Part shown: one piece after another, positions 17,943-27,516 of the stretch
Position numbering within the stretch: the first letter of the stretch is position 1
Layout of the letters: each line of letters starts with the position of its first letter
DNA from: Actinocrinis sp.
GTDB taxonomy: Bacteria; Actinomycetota; Actinomycetes; Streptomycetales; Catenulisporaceae
Assembly: GCA_035763685.1 (NCBI GenBank)
Contig: DASUAR010000218.1
Location: forward strand, 240 to 64,239
Length of the DNA: 64,000 nucleotides
Reading direction: 5' to 3'
The notes under the pieces: model-generated
The model's input: the letters and a program-made list of their open reading frames with translations, nothing else
Database searches by the model: none
What the model was told of the DNA's origin: nothing
Made by a program: the position numbers and the translations under genes

Positions 17943-18584
17943 TCAGCCGATACCGGTGCAGGCGTGGGCGCTCGGCGCGGTGCCCACCAGCACCGATGAT
18001 CCGCGGGCGAACCACGGGATCGTGAAGTGCACCAGCGGTCCGATGCCGACGGCGTAGATCAGCGTGCCCGCGCCGACGTTGCCGCCGAGCAGCCAACCCA
18101 CGGCCAGGACCGAAAGCTCGATCCCGGAGCGCACGACGCGGATCGACCGGCCGCGCGCGGCCAGGCCGGTGGTCAGTCCGTCGCGGGGTCCCGCGCCGAG
18201 GCCGGCCCCGATGTAGAGCCCGGTGGCGACGCCGTTGAGCACGACGCCCGCGACGAACATCGCCCAGCGCAACCAGAGCGCGTGCGGAGCGGGCGTCGCG
18301 CTGAGCAGCACGTCGACAATGATGCCGATCACGAAGATGTTCGCTACGGTGCCGAGCCCGGGGCGCTGGCGCAGCGGGATCCACAGCATCAGCACCACGC
18401 CGCCGATGATGATCAGCACGGTGCCGACCGGGATTCCGGTGATGCGGGCCAGTCCGGTGTGGAAGACGTCCCAGGGGTCGACTCCGACCGCGGGGGCGAG
18501 CATCAACGCCTCGCTGACGCCGTAAAGGAGCAGGCCGGCCGTTAGTTGAATGAGCCGCGCGCCGGCCTGTTGCCGCGGAATCAC
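17943..18584 (-). CDS. YczE/YyaS-family membrane protein
   Basis: GVDPWDVFHTGL, PGLGT, GLGAGPRDGL, LLGGNVGAGT; start reassigned to GTG 18584. Confidence 0.9.
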   Translation of the reverse strand: MIPRQQAGARLIQLTAGLLLYGVSEALMLAPAVGVDPWDVFHTGLARITGIPVGTVLIIIGGVVLMLWIPLRQRPGLGTVANIFVIGIIVDVLLSATPAPHALWLRWAMFVAGVVLNGVATGLYIGAGLGAGPRDGLTTGLAARGRSIRVVRSGIELSVLAVGWLLGGNVGAGTLIYAVGIGPLVHFTIPWFARGSSVLVGTAPSAHACTGIG

Positions 18585-18739
18585 GCGCGCGTGCCCCGGC
18601 CCGCCCGCCGCCAGAGCCGAGTGATCCGGCTCAGGTCGAACGGGTCGCTGATCCGATCCGCGCGTCCGGCGGCGAACTGGCGCTCCAACTGGTCGGTGAT
18701 CGCGGTGGTCGAGCTCGGCCTCTCGGTGCGGAATGACAT
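18581..18739 (-). CDS. Putative 52-aa small protein coupled to the yczE-like gene (absent from ORF track)
   Basis: GGGAGA RBS, ATG 18739, high GC3; TGA overlaps the GTG of the next gene; MSFRTERPSSTTAITDQLERQFAAGRADRISDPFDLSRITRLWRRAGRGTRA*. Confidence 0.6.
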   Translation of the reverse strand: MSFRTERPSSTTAITDQLERQFAAGRADRISDPFDLSRITRLWRRAGRGTRA

Positions 18740-18838
18740 CGCCGTTCTCCCTGCCAATATTGAATGTCTGGCCCTCTACTGCCATTCTGGTGGGAGATTG
18801 GACACTTCCCCGATAGCCAATTTGCAGAAGGTGGCCTG

Positions 18839-20314
18839 ATGTCCGCGCCAACACCGACGATCGGACCGACCCAGCTCGCGCAGCGGCTCGGGCCGTGGCG
18901 CAGCACGGAAGGCACCGGCCGGGCACGGCCGCTGCAAGCCGCACTCGCTGAGCGGATCACCGGGCTGGTCCTGGACGGCCGCCTCGCACTCGGCACCCGC
19001 CTGCCGGCCGAGCGTTCGCTGAGCGAGGCGCTCGAGGTCAGCAGAACCACGGTCACCGCCGCGTATTCGCTGCTGCGCGAGTCAGGGTTCGCCGTCAGCC
19101 GGCAAGGTTCGGGCAGCTACGTCTCGCTGCCGGACGGAGCGGCCGCACGAACCAGCGGCGGCTGGCAGAACACCGGCCAGGACCGCGACGTCATCGACCT
19201 GATGTGCGCGGCGCCGCTCGCGCCGCTGGCCCTTCTCCAATCAGCGCTGCGGACCGCGGCCGAACAGCTGCCCGCGCACTCGGGAGTCGGCGGCTACGTC
19301 CCTTACGGATTGGACGTGCTGCGCGAGGCCATCGCAGACCACTACACCGCGCGCGGACTGCCCACCTCCCCGGACCAGATCCTGGTGACCAATGGGGCTC
19401 AGGGCGCGATCACATTGGTGGCCCGCCTGCTGTGCCGGGCCGGGGACCGGGTGCTGGTGGAGAGCCCGACCTATCCGAACGCGCTCGACACGTTCCGCAA
19501 TGCGCAGGCTCGGCCGATGCCGGTCCCGCTGGAGGAAAGCGGCTGGGCGCCCGGCAGCTACGAGAACGCGCTGGCGCAGTTGCGGCCCCGACTGGCGTAT
19601 CTGATACCGCACTTCCAGAACCCGACCGGGCACCTGATGGACGCGGACGCTCAGGCCTCGATCGCGCGCGCGGCCAGATTGGCCGGCTCCTGGCTGCTGG
19701 CCGACGAGACCATCACCGAGGTGGCGCTCGACGTACCGGTGCCGCCGCCTTACGCGACCACGATCCGGCCAGTCGACGCCGAAGCGGTGCTGGTCTGCGG
19801 GTCGATGGCCAAATCCTTCTGGGGCGGACTGCGGATCGGCTGGCTGCGCGGGCCGGTGCGGATCGTGCACGAACTCGCCGCGGCGCGCGCCGCGATGGAT
19901 CTGGCCTCGCCGATCCTCGACCAGGTGGCGGCGGTCGCGGTGCTGCGCGGCGAGCAGGACTATCTGGATCAGCACCGGCGCGCCTGGCGCGAACAGCGCG
20001 CGGCCTTGATGCAGGCCGTCAGCGAGACCTTCCCGGCTTGGACCTACCGAGTACCGGAGGGCGGGCTTTGCCTGTGGCTGCGGATGGACCGTGAGGAGGC
20101 GACCGCGCTATCGCAGCGTGCGCAGACCCATGGGGTGCTTCTGCACGCCGGACCGAGATTTGGAGCGGATGCGGGGACCTTCGAACGATACGTGCGCTTG
20201 CCGTACGTGCAGCCGCCCGAGTTGCTGCGCGAGGCGGTCCGACGACTGGAGTTGGCCCGCGCACTGCCCGGCCCGCGACACGCCTCAGATCACAGGGCCG
20301 ACCTCGTCGCCTGA
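18839..20314 (+). CDS. MocR/GntR PLP-dependent regulator (YczR-like)
   Basis: LPAERSL...VSRTTVTAAY wHTH; FQNPTG; GSMAKSFWGGLRIGW; divergent from yczE. Confidence 0.93.
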   Translation: MSAPTPTIGPTQLAQRLGPWRSTEGTGRARPLQAALAERITGLVLDGRLALGTRLPAERSLSEALEVSRTTVTAAYSLLRESGFAVSRQGSGSYVSLPDGAAARTSGGWQNTGQDRDVIDLMCAAPLAPLALLQSALRTAAEQLPAHSGVGGYVPYGLDVLREAIADHYTARGLPTSPDQILVTNGAQGAITLVARLLCRAGDRVLVESPTYPNALDTFRNAQARPMPVPLEESGWAPGSYENALAQLRPRLAYLIPHFQNPTGHLMDADAQASIARAARLAGSWLLADETITEVALDVPVPPPYATTIRPVDAEAVLVCGSMAKSFWGGLRIGWLRGPVRIVHELAAARAAMDLASPILDQVAAVAVLRGEQDYLDQHRRAWREQRAALMQAVSETFPAWTYRVPEGGLCLWLRMDREEATALSQRAQTHGVLLHAGPRFGADAGTFERYVRLPYVQPPELLREAVRRLELARALPGPRHASDHRADLVA

Positions 20315-20343
20315 TCGGTATCCGCGAAACCGGCTCACTGCAT

Positions 20344-20988
20344 TTGTCCCGTTCAACTGGACAATCAGCTTTTCCCTCCCCGCCTACCGCCGCCCGCCGT
20401 CCCGCTTCTTCCCCAATAAACCCCGCGATGACATCTCCGCCACGCGGCTTGAGGGGAGCGGCGAGTCTCGTTTGCGGGTTTGCTCGGCCCCAGACGTCCT
20501 TGCGCGCTGTGAGTCTCGCGATAGCTTTGCCGGCGGCGGATGAGGGTTACGCGGGACACGCGTCGACGGATCTTCAGAAAAGCGGGTTCCAGCGAGGCCG
20601 CCGGTTTTCCTGTCAGGCCGCGTACCCTGCCGCGCGGGTGGTGTTTCCCCCTGGTCTATTTCCTGGGGTTTCGGGGTTGGGTGGCGGGCGTTTCCGGGCT
20701 TTCATCCGTTTGCGCGTGGTGGGGTGAAAAACCTGTCGACGCGTATCCCGCGTTACCCTCGTCCGCCGTCGGCGAAGCTATCGCGAGACTCACAGCGAAC
20801 AAGGGCGTCTGTGGCCGAGAACCGTTGTGAACGAGGATCGCCGCTGTACGAAAGCCGCGTCGCGGAGATGTCATCGCGGGGGTTTATTGGGGAAGAAGCG
20901 GTAGGGCGGGCGGCGGTAGACGGGGGCAGGAAAGGCGGGTTGTCCCGCTGAGCGAGACAGGCGGCGGTTGTCCAGTTGAACGGGACAA
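20344..20988. repeat. Large imperfect inverted repeat (arms about 20344-20575 and 20726-20988)
   Basis: Shared blocks TTGTCCCGTTCAACTGGACAA, CCGCTTCTTCCCCAATAAACCCC, GCGATGACATCTCCGC, CGCTGTGAGTCTCGCGATAGCTT, ACGCGTCGAC in opposite orientation. Confidence 0.92.
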
Positions 20989-21020
20989 CGGCGACCGATT
21001 GGCGTCGCGATGAGTCGCAA

Positions 21021-21069
21021 ATTGGTCCAGACCACAACCTTGACAGAAGCAAGTGGTCTGGACCACAGT
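21021..21069 (+). promoter_or_regulatory. Chitinase promoter with two DasR-responsive (dre) boxes
   Basis: ATTGGTCCAGACCACA (21021-21036) and AGTGGTCTGGACCACA (21052-21067) flank TTGACA (21040-21045); -10-like CACAGT (21064-21069). Confidence 0.85.
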
Positions 21070-21176
21070 GCACAGCAGTTGCTCCTTCCGGTACGGCGAC
21101 CCGGACCCAGCACGGCCCCACCCTTGCTGCTTCCCGAACCTGCCACGGCCTTCCGCCGACCGAGAGGAGCGCCTCC

Positions 21177-22667
21177 GTGCGTCCACCCCGCCTCGTCGCC
21201 CGCTCGCCAAAGCGCCTGGGAGCGGCGGCCCTGGCCCTGACGGCCGGCGGCGTCGCGTTCCTCGCCGTTCCGGCCGGCGCGGCGACCACCAACCTGCTGA
21301 CTAACTCAGGCTTCGATTCCGGCGACCTCCAGGGCTGGAGCTGCGACGCCGGCACTGGATCAGTGGTCTCCTCCCCCGTCCACTCCGGCTCGCACGCGCT
21401 GGCCGGCGGCGCGACCTCGTCCGACAACGCGCAGTGCACGCAGACCGTCTCGGTGCAGCCGAACACGAGCTACACGCTGTCGGGTTACGTCGAGGGCGCG
21501 TATGTGTATCTCGGGATCACTGGCGGCGTGTCCACCTGGACTCCCTCGACGACCTCGTGGCAACAGCTATCGACCAGCTTCACTAGTGGCGCGAGCCAGA
21601 CCAGCGTACAAGTGTTCGTACACGGCTGGTATGCGCAGGGCACGTACTATGCAGACGACCTGGCGCTGAACGGCCCCGGTGGTACCGGATCGCCGTCTCC
21701 GTCTCCGTCCGCGACCGGTATCTCGCCGTCGCCCTCGCCGACCGGTTCAGGGGCGCCGCCCGGCAACGGCCCGTTCACGCACCCGGTGTACTTCATGCCG
21801 GTCGACAACAACCCGGCCTCGATCTCATCGATCATCAGCGGCTCCGGCGAGAACCAGTTCAACCTGGCTTTCGTACTGGACTCCGGTGGTTGCACTCCGG
21901 CCTGGGACGGCAGCTCAACGATGCCGGTCTCCTCGGACACGACGGTTGCCGCGGACATCAACGCGATACGCGCGGCCGGCGGTGACGCCGCGGTGTCCTT
22001 CGGCGGCTACAACGGCACCGAGCTCGGTTCGACCTGCGGCTCCGCCTCCGCGCTCGCCAACGCGTACCAGCAGGTGATCAGCAAGTACCAGCTGGACCGG
22101 GTCGACTTCGACTACGAGAACACCGCGCTGGACTCGAACACCGCGGTCCGCTTCGGCGCGATCAAGATCCTTGAGGCGAACAACCCGGACCTCAAGGTCT
22201 CGCTGACCATCCCGATGACCACCATCGGCTTCCCGGGCAGCGGCACGGACGAGATCCGGCAGGCGATCGCGAATGGCGCCCGGCTCGACGTCATCAACAT
22301 CATGGACTTCGACACCGGCCTGACCTCAGGCACCGAGGTCTCGCAGACCGAGGCGATCGCGAATGACGCGGTGAGCCAGCTGGAAGGCATCTACGGCTGG
22401 AGCGCGGCGCAGGCCTGGGCGCACCTGGGCTTCCAGATCATGAACGGCCACACGGATCAGCCCTCTGAGCTGTTCACCCAGTCCGATTTCAGCGCCCTGC
22501 TCGGCTTCGCGCAGGCCAACCATCCCGCCTGGTTCTCGTTCTGGTCGGCGAACCGGGACTTCCAGTGCCCGGCCGGCGCGGTCGAGCCCTGGGCGCCGGG
22601 AACCTGCTCCAACATCACCCAGAACCCGTACGACTTCACCAAGACCATCGTCAAGTACGCAGGCTGA
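21177..22667 (+). CDS. Secreted GH18 chitinase with N-terminal carbohydrate-binding module
   Basis: GAGAGGAG RBS plus GTG; signal peptide; NLLTNSGFDSG CBM; SP linker; SFGG; DRVDFDYE (DxDxE); FWSANRD. Confidence 0.92.
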   Translation: MRPPRLVARSPKRLGAAALALTAGGVAFLAVPAGAATTNLLTNSGFDSGDLQGWSCDAGTGSVVSSPVHSGSHALAGGATSSDNAQCTQTVSVQPNTSYTLSGYVEGAYVYLGITGGVSTWTPSTTSWQQLSTSFTSGASQTSVQVFVHGWYAQGTYYADDLALNGPGGTGSPSPSPSATGISPSPSPTGSGAPPGNGPFTHPVYFMPVDNNPASISSIISGSGENQFNLAFVLDSGGCTPAWDGSSTMPVSSDTTVAADINAIRAAGGDAAVSFGGYNGTELGSTCGSASALANAYQQVISKYQLDRVDFDYENTALDSNTAVRFGAIKILEANNPDLKVSLTIPMTTIGFPGSGTDEIRQAIANGARLDVINIMDFDTGLTSGTEVSQTEAIANDAVSQLEGIYGWSAAQAWAHLGFQIMNGHTDQPSELFTQSDFSALLGFAQANHPAWFSFWSANRDFQCPAGAVEPWAPGTCSNITQNPYDFTKTIVKYAG

Positions 22668-22678
22668 CCCACCCCTGC

Positions 22679-22751
22679 CCCGCCGCCCGAATCGGTCGGC
22701 CCTGATCGGCTCGCGCCGGAGCCGATCAGGACCCGCCGGTTCGGGCGGCGG
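22679..22751. terminator. Long hairpin between convergent genes
   Basis: CCGCCGCCCGAA...CCTGATCGGCTC / GAGCCGATCAGG...TTCGGGCGGCGG. Confidence 0.7.
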
Positions 22752-22775
22752 CGTTTCGGCGTTTCGTTCGAGGGA

Positions 22776-23618
22776 TCAGGGCTTGCGGGCGACCGCTCCG
22801 GCGATGCACTCCTGCACCTGGTTGAGCGGCTTGAGCCGCGGCCCGTCCGGCCACCAGTCGGCGCAAAGGGTCAGACCCGGGTCGACGAGCTCCAGCCCGT
22901 CGAACAGCTCCAGCAACTCGGCGCGAGTGCGGAAGGTGCCCGAGCCCATCATGCTGTGCAGGAACATCTCCTCCATCTTGCGAGCCACCGGGCTGTACTC
23001 GTTCTCCGGATCGAAGAAGTGGCTGATCGCCACGTACGAACCGGACGGCAGCGCATCGATGAACTCGCGCATGATCTGCGCCGGACGCTCGCGCGGGCCG
23101 TTGTAGTGGTGCAGGGTGCCCATCTGGAGGAACACCAGCGGCCTGGAGAAGTCGATGCGGGCGCGCACCTCCTCGTGGCCCAGCACCTCGGCCGGGTTGA
23201 AGATGTCCGCGGAGACCAGGTGGGTGCGCTCGTTCTCCTCCAGCAGCGCGCGGCCGTGGGCGAGCACCACCGGGTCGTTGTCGATGTAGACGACGGTGGC
23301 GTCCGGGTTGGTCCGCTGCACGACCTGGTGCACGTTCTCCGCGGTCGGCAGGCCGGAGCCGCAGTCCAGGAACTGCTCGATCCCGGTCTGCGAGGCCAGG
23401 AACCGGCAGGCGCGGATGAGGAAGCCCCGGTTCTCGGTGGCCAGGTCGACCGCCTCGGGAGCCGCCTTCTGCACCCCGCGCAGCACCTCGCGGTCAACCT
23501 CGTAGTTGTCCTTGCCGTTGAGGAATGCGTCGTAGACTCGTGCGATGCTTGCCCTGGTGGGATCGACACCGACTGGCACGGAGCGCACACTCGACGGCGT
23601 GGTGGCGTTATCGGTCAT
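22776..23618 (-). CDS. Actinobacterial SAM-dependent methyltransferase (Methyltransf_19 type)
   Basis: ASIARVYDAFLNGKDNYEVDR, QFLDCGSGLPT, YIDNDPVVLAHGRALL. Confidence 0.92.
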   Translation of the reverse strand: MTDNATTPSSVRSVPVGVDPTRASIARVYDAFLNGKDNYEVDREVLRGVQKAAPEAVDLATENRGFLIRACRFLASQTGIEQFLDCGSGLPTAENVHQVVQRTNPDATVVYIDNDPVVLAHGRALLEENERTHLVSADIFNPAEVLGHEEVRARIDFSRPLVFLQMGTLHHYNGPRERPAQIMREFIDALPSGSYVAISHFFDPENEYSPVARKMEEMFLHSMMGSGTFRTRAELLELFDGLELVDPGLTLCADWWPDGPRLKPLNQVQECIAGAVARKP

Positions 23619-23728
23619 TGCGTTCTCCCGGCTCATTTGCACAACCAGAAAGCTGACGGCGCTTAACTTAGCGTAAGGAGGCGTAATAACATCGTAAGTG
23701 TACGCGGGCAGTTCGAGGGAGGGTTCTG

Positions 23729-24607
23729 ATGAGCACGTTCGACGATCGACGGGCGGAGCCTGCGACCGGCCCGACCGTCCGTCGGCTCATCCTGGGCACG
23801 CAGCTGCGCCGGCTGCGCGAGCGGGCCGAGATCACCCGCGCCTCGGCGGCGTACAGCATCCGCGGTTCGGAGTCGAAGCTCAGCCGCATGGAGAGCGGCC
23901 GCGTCGGGTTCAAGGAGCGCGACGTCGCGGATCTGCTGACGCTGTACGGCGTCACCGACGACGAAGAGCGCGCGAAGGTGCTGCAACTGGTCGAACAGTC
24001 GAACGTGCAGGGGTGGTGGCACGCCTACAGCGACCTGATGCCGAAGTGGTTCGAGGACTATGTCGGCCTCGAGGAGTCGGCCTCGCAGATCAAGGCGTAC
24101 GAGAACCAGTTCGTCCCGGGTCTGTTGCAGACCGAGGACTACGCGCTGGCGATCGCGAGCCGCGGCCGTCCGGAGAACGCGGATCGCGACACCGAACGCA
24201 AAGTGCATTTGCGTATGCAGCGGCAGAAGGTGCTGCTGGGCCAGTCCGCGCCGCGGCTGTGGGTGGTCATCGACGAGTCAGTGCTCTACCGCAGGATCGG
24301 TGGCGCGCGGGTGCTGCGGATGCAGCTGGATCACCTGCTGGAGATCACCACGCTGCCGAACATCACGTTGCAGGTGGTGCCGTACCAGACCAGCGGTTAT
24401 GGCGCGGAGGGGCCGTTCACGCTGCTGCGTTTCGGCGAGCAGGAGCTGTCCGACATCGTGTACGTCGAGCACCTCGCGGGCGCGCTCTACCTGGAGAAGG
24501 CCGAGGAGATCGAGATCTACAGCCGCGCGCTCGACCGGCTGGCCGTGGAAGCGGAGACTCCGCAACGCACTCGGCAGACTCTGCTCAAGGCGCGCGAGGA
24601 CATCTAG
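23729..24607 (+). CDS. XRE-HTH / DUF5753 regulator (WhiJ/Scr1-like)
   Basis: GPTVRRLILGTQLRRLRE, VPGLLQTEDYA, VIDESVL, DIVYVEHL. Confidence 0.93.
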   Translation: MSTFDDRRAEPATGPTVRRLILGTQLRRLRERAEITRASAAYSIRGSESKLSRMESGRVGFKERDVADLLTLYGVTDDEERAKVLQLVEQSNVQGWWHAYSDLMPKWFEDYVGLEESASQIKAYENQFVPGLLQTEDYALAIASRGRPENADRDTERKVHLRMQRQKVLLGQSAPRLWVVIDESVLYRRIGGARVLRMQLDHLLEITTLPNITLQVVPYQTSGYGAEGPFTLLRFGEQELSDIVYVEHLAGALYLEKAEEIEIYSRALDRLAVEAETPQRTRQTLLKAREDI

Positions 24608-24907
24608 GGTCTGTTCCAGGCAGCCCCTGCGCCTATGCACATTCGTTCGCGTGCGGCTGTGGTGGACGCAACACTCTGACACGTTTGCGGGCCGTCTGAC
24701 GCCGCACGCGTGGCGCCACGCCGCCGCCTTCGCGACGCCCGAATCGGCGCCCACGACCGGATTCGCGCCAGAATCCGCAACGGTCTGATTCTCAACGTGT
24801 TCGTATGCAACCTCATCCTGCGGTGCTACGTTGCGTGAGTGCCTTCAATGCACATGCAAGTGACTCGTGCAGACGGACCGTGCAAGTCGGTCGGAAAGTG
24901 AGAGGTC

Positions 24908-25153
24908 ATGGCAGGCGAATCCACGAACTTCGACAACGGCGTCTCGGCCGACGTGCTGGTCGGCGCCCCGTGGCGTAAGAGCAGCCACAGCGGCTACAAC
25001 GGCAACTGCGTCGAGGTTGCGCCGCTGGCCGACGGAAGCGTCGCGATGCGAAACTCGCGCGACCCGCACGGGCCGGCGCTGATCTACACCCGGGCCGAGA
25101 TCGCGGCGTTCCTCGCCGGGATCAAGGACGGCGAGTTCGACGACGTGCTCTGA
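24908..25153 (+). CDS. DUF397 protein (BldB/Scr2-like partner)
   Basis: WRKSSHS...NCVEVA...RNSRDP...GIKDGEFD. Confidence 0.94.
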   Translation: MAGESTNFDNGVSADVLVGAPWRKSSHSGYNGNCVEVAPLADGSVAMRNSRDPHGPALIYTRAEIAAFLAGIKDGEFDDVL

Positions 25154-25206
25154 TTCATCGCGCTCCGGTCCGCCGGGCGCCGGCGCCCTGTGAATCGACG
25201 CTTGCG

Positions 25207-25243
25207 ACGCCGCCCGGCCCGTGCGGGGGCCGGGCGGCGTTTG
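25207..25243 (+). terminator. Intrinsic terminator
   Basis: ACGCCGCCCGGCCC / GGGCCGGGCGGCGT followed by TT. Confidence 0.65.
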
Positions 25244-25313
25244 CACGAGCGCTTGCACTTGCGGACGCAACCGGAGCGTGTTCTGGCTGCGCAGGGCAAC
25301 GTTCGTAGTCTGA

Positions 25314-26141
25314 TTACGCCTCGAGCGTGAGCGTGGTCCAGACGCCCACGTGGATCCGATCCCCCGTGGCGACCGGGATCTCGGTCTCGACGGGCACCGG
25401 CTGCTCGGCGCCGTTGAGCCTGGTGCCGTTCGCGGAACCGAGGTCGACCAGCCGCCAGCCGCCGTCCTGGTCGCGCGAGAGCTGCGCGTGCAGGTGCGAG
25501 ACCGCGGGGTCGAGCGGCGGCCCGGTAAGGTCGATTTCCACCGCGATGCCGCGGCTGGCCGAGGCCCGGCCGATCCGGATCACGTCGGCGTCGAGGGCGA
25601 AACGGCGCTCGCCTGGGTACTTCGGGAACGGGAATTCGGACGCGATGATGTCGCCGCGCTCGACCTGCGCCGTGTAGTACTCGCGGTCCGCCGTGACGAC
25701 GACGGCCAGCGCGCGCGGAGCCGAGGGCGCATCAGGGCTCTGGTGCGTGCTCTCAGCGGGCGCCGCGTCCGGGACCGGATCGGTGGCGACCGGTTCAGGC
25801 GCCGGCGGATCTGTAGCCGTGGCCACGGCGCTCGCGGGCGCGTGGCCGTTGAGTTCCGGTCCCGCCTCGGCCGGCGCCGCGCTGGCGGCGGGCACCGAGG
25901 GAAGCAACTCGGCGAGCTCGTAGTCGAACCCGCATTCCTCGCAGAACCGGCCGCCGCGCTGCGCCCCGCAGTTCGGGCAGGAACCGTCCGCGCCGGACCC
26001 GGCCGAGCCCGGGTCCGCGCCGAGCAGAGCGGTACTCTCCAGCACCTGCGCGGGCGTGAGCGGCGACCCGCCCATCACCGCGCCGCAGGTGTCGCAGTAG
26101 TCGCTGGTCTGCGATTCGTGCCCGGCCGGACACCGCGCCAT
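25314..26141 (-). CDS. Double zinc-ribbon plus FHA domain protein
   Basis: CPAGH...CDTC, CPNC...CEEC; FHA motifs IGR, VSHLH, DLGSANGT. Confidence 0.92.
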   Translation of the reverse strand: MARCPAGHESQTSDYCDTCGAVMGGSPLTPAQVLESTALLGADPGSAGSGADGSCPNCGAQRGGRFCEECGFDYELAELLPSVPAASAAPAEAGPELNGHAPASAVATATDPPAPEPVATDPVPDAAPAESTHQSPDAPSAPRALAVVVTADREYYTAQVERGDIIASEFPFPKYPGERRFALDADVIRIGRASASRGIAVEIDLTGPPLDPAVSHLHAQLSRDQDGGWRLVDLGSANGTRLNGAEQPVPVETEIPVATGDRIHVGVWTTLTLEA

Positions 26142-26199
26142 CGGACCTCCCCGGTGCTCCTGATGTTGGCTGCCCTGATGTTGACCGCCCTGTCGTCGG

Positions 26200-27516
26200 T
26201 CAGCCCTGGCTGTTGCCCTTGCCTACCCGCACAGTCTTGCTCGATCGAGTGTCCAGGGCCATTTCGTCGGCGTCGTTCACCCGTGCCTTGAGCCGCACGG
26301 TGCCGGTCGCCGGGTCCTCCACGTCGACCACCTTGGACAGCAGCCTCGTGGTGTCGTCGTTGCCGGAGGCCGCCGCGAGCTGGACCGCCCGGCCGAGCTT
26401 CGCCGTGGCCGTGTCGTAGTCACCGACCTTGCGCGCTTCCAGTCCCGCTTGGATCGCGTCGGCCAGCTCGGCCTGCCCGGTGTAGTGCGCGACCTGCCGG
26501 TTCATCTTCGTGGACAGCGCGGCGTCGTCGGTCCACACCGCGCGCACCAGGCCCTGCCCGAGGACCTGCGCCTGCCCGGAGCCGTCGATCGAGACCAGTG
26601 AGGCACGCGCGGCCAGCATCTCGTCGCCGACCGAGCCGGGCCGCACCGCGACGCAAACGTGGTAGTCGCGCGACTCCGCGCCCCAGGCGCCGGTCGGATA
26701 GTCCCCGGCCAGCGGCCCGGTCTGCAGGCGGCGGCCGCTGAGATCCAGGACGGTGGGCGCGACCTGCTTGACGAACTTGATCGTCGAACCCTGCGGAGAC
26801 CACAGCCGCAGCCGGACGTCGGCCACGGCCTTGCCCATCGCGCCCTCGACCATCGCCCGGAAGTCGTCGGCCAGGTTGATCGGGTCGGCCACGATGTCCA
26901 CGCTGCCGAGCAGTCCGCCGGCGATCCGGCGCAGTTCCGCGACCACCCAGTCGGTGCCGATGCCGCGGCAGTCGCAGGTGAACCGGCCCTCGCAGCGCGC
27001 GATCGCGAGGCCGAGGTCGTCGGGGCTCTCGTGCTCGTCCTTGCCGTCGGTGAGCAGGATCGCGTGCCGGATCGTGTCCTCGTGCCCGGTGAACAGCCGG
27101 TCGGCGAGCGATAGCCACTGGCTGATCGCGGTGCCGCCGCCGGCGGTGAGCCGGTCCACCGCGGCCTTGGCGGCGGCGCGGGTGCTCACGTCCGCGGGCA
27201 CCAGGTACTCGGTTGTCGGGAAGACCATCCGCGCCACGTGCGTCCCGGCGACGACCGCGAAGGGCACGCCCTCGCGGATCGCGTCGATCGCGGCCTTGGT
27301 GGCGTGGCGCGCGGCGGACATCTTCGCGCTCGGATAGTCCATCGAACCCGAGCAGTCCACCATGATCACCTGGGCGGCCCGGGCGCCGCCGGTCGGCCCG
27401 GTTACCGCGCCGGAGGAGGTCACGGTCACGATCGCGTTGACCTCGCCGGAGCCCTCGGGCATGAACTCGTTCTGGTAGACGCTCACGGTGAACTGCGGCA
27501 GGGTCGGCGTGCTCAC
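26200..27516 (-). CDS. von Willebrand factor A domain protein
   Basis: MIDAS DCSGSM, GGGT, LLTDG; GTG start overlaps upstream TGA. Confidence 0.92.
   Translation of the reverse strand: MSTPTLPQFTVSVYQNEFMPEGSGEVNAIVTVTSSGAVTGPTGGARAAQVIMVDCSGSMDYPSAKMSAARHATKAAIDAIREGVPFAVVAGTHVARMVFPTTEYLVPADVSTRAAAKAAVDRLTAGGGTAISQWLSLADRLFTGHEDTIRHAILLTDGKDEHESPDDLGLAIARCEGRFTCDCRGIGTDWVVAELRRIAGGLLGSVDIVADPINLADDFRAMVEGAMGKAVADVRLRLWSPQGSTIKFVKQVAPTVLDLSGRRLQTGPLAGDYPTGAWGAESRDYHVCVAVRPGSVGDEMLAARASLVSIDGSGQAQVLGQGLVRAVWTDDAALSTKMNRQVAHYTGQAELADAIQAGLEARKVGDYDTATAKLGRAVQLAAASGNDDTTRLLSKVVDVEDPATGTVRLKARVNDADEMALDTRSSKTVRVGKGNSQG

Noticed and set aside
20344-20988. Short ORFs, or a CRISPR/retron reading of the inverted repeat
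   Set aside because: Frames differ between the arms; no repeat-spacer periodicity; no cas or reverse transcriptase gene nearby
24605-24790. TAGGGTCTGTT as a possible MITE end after the XRE gene
   Set aside because: No matching inverted end or target duplication found
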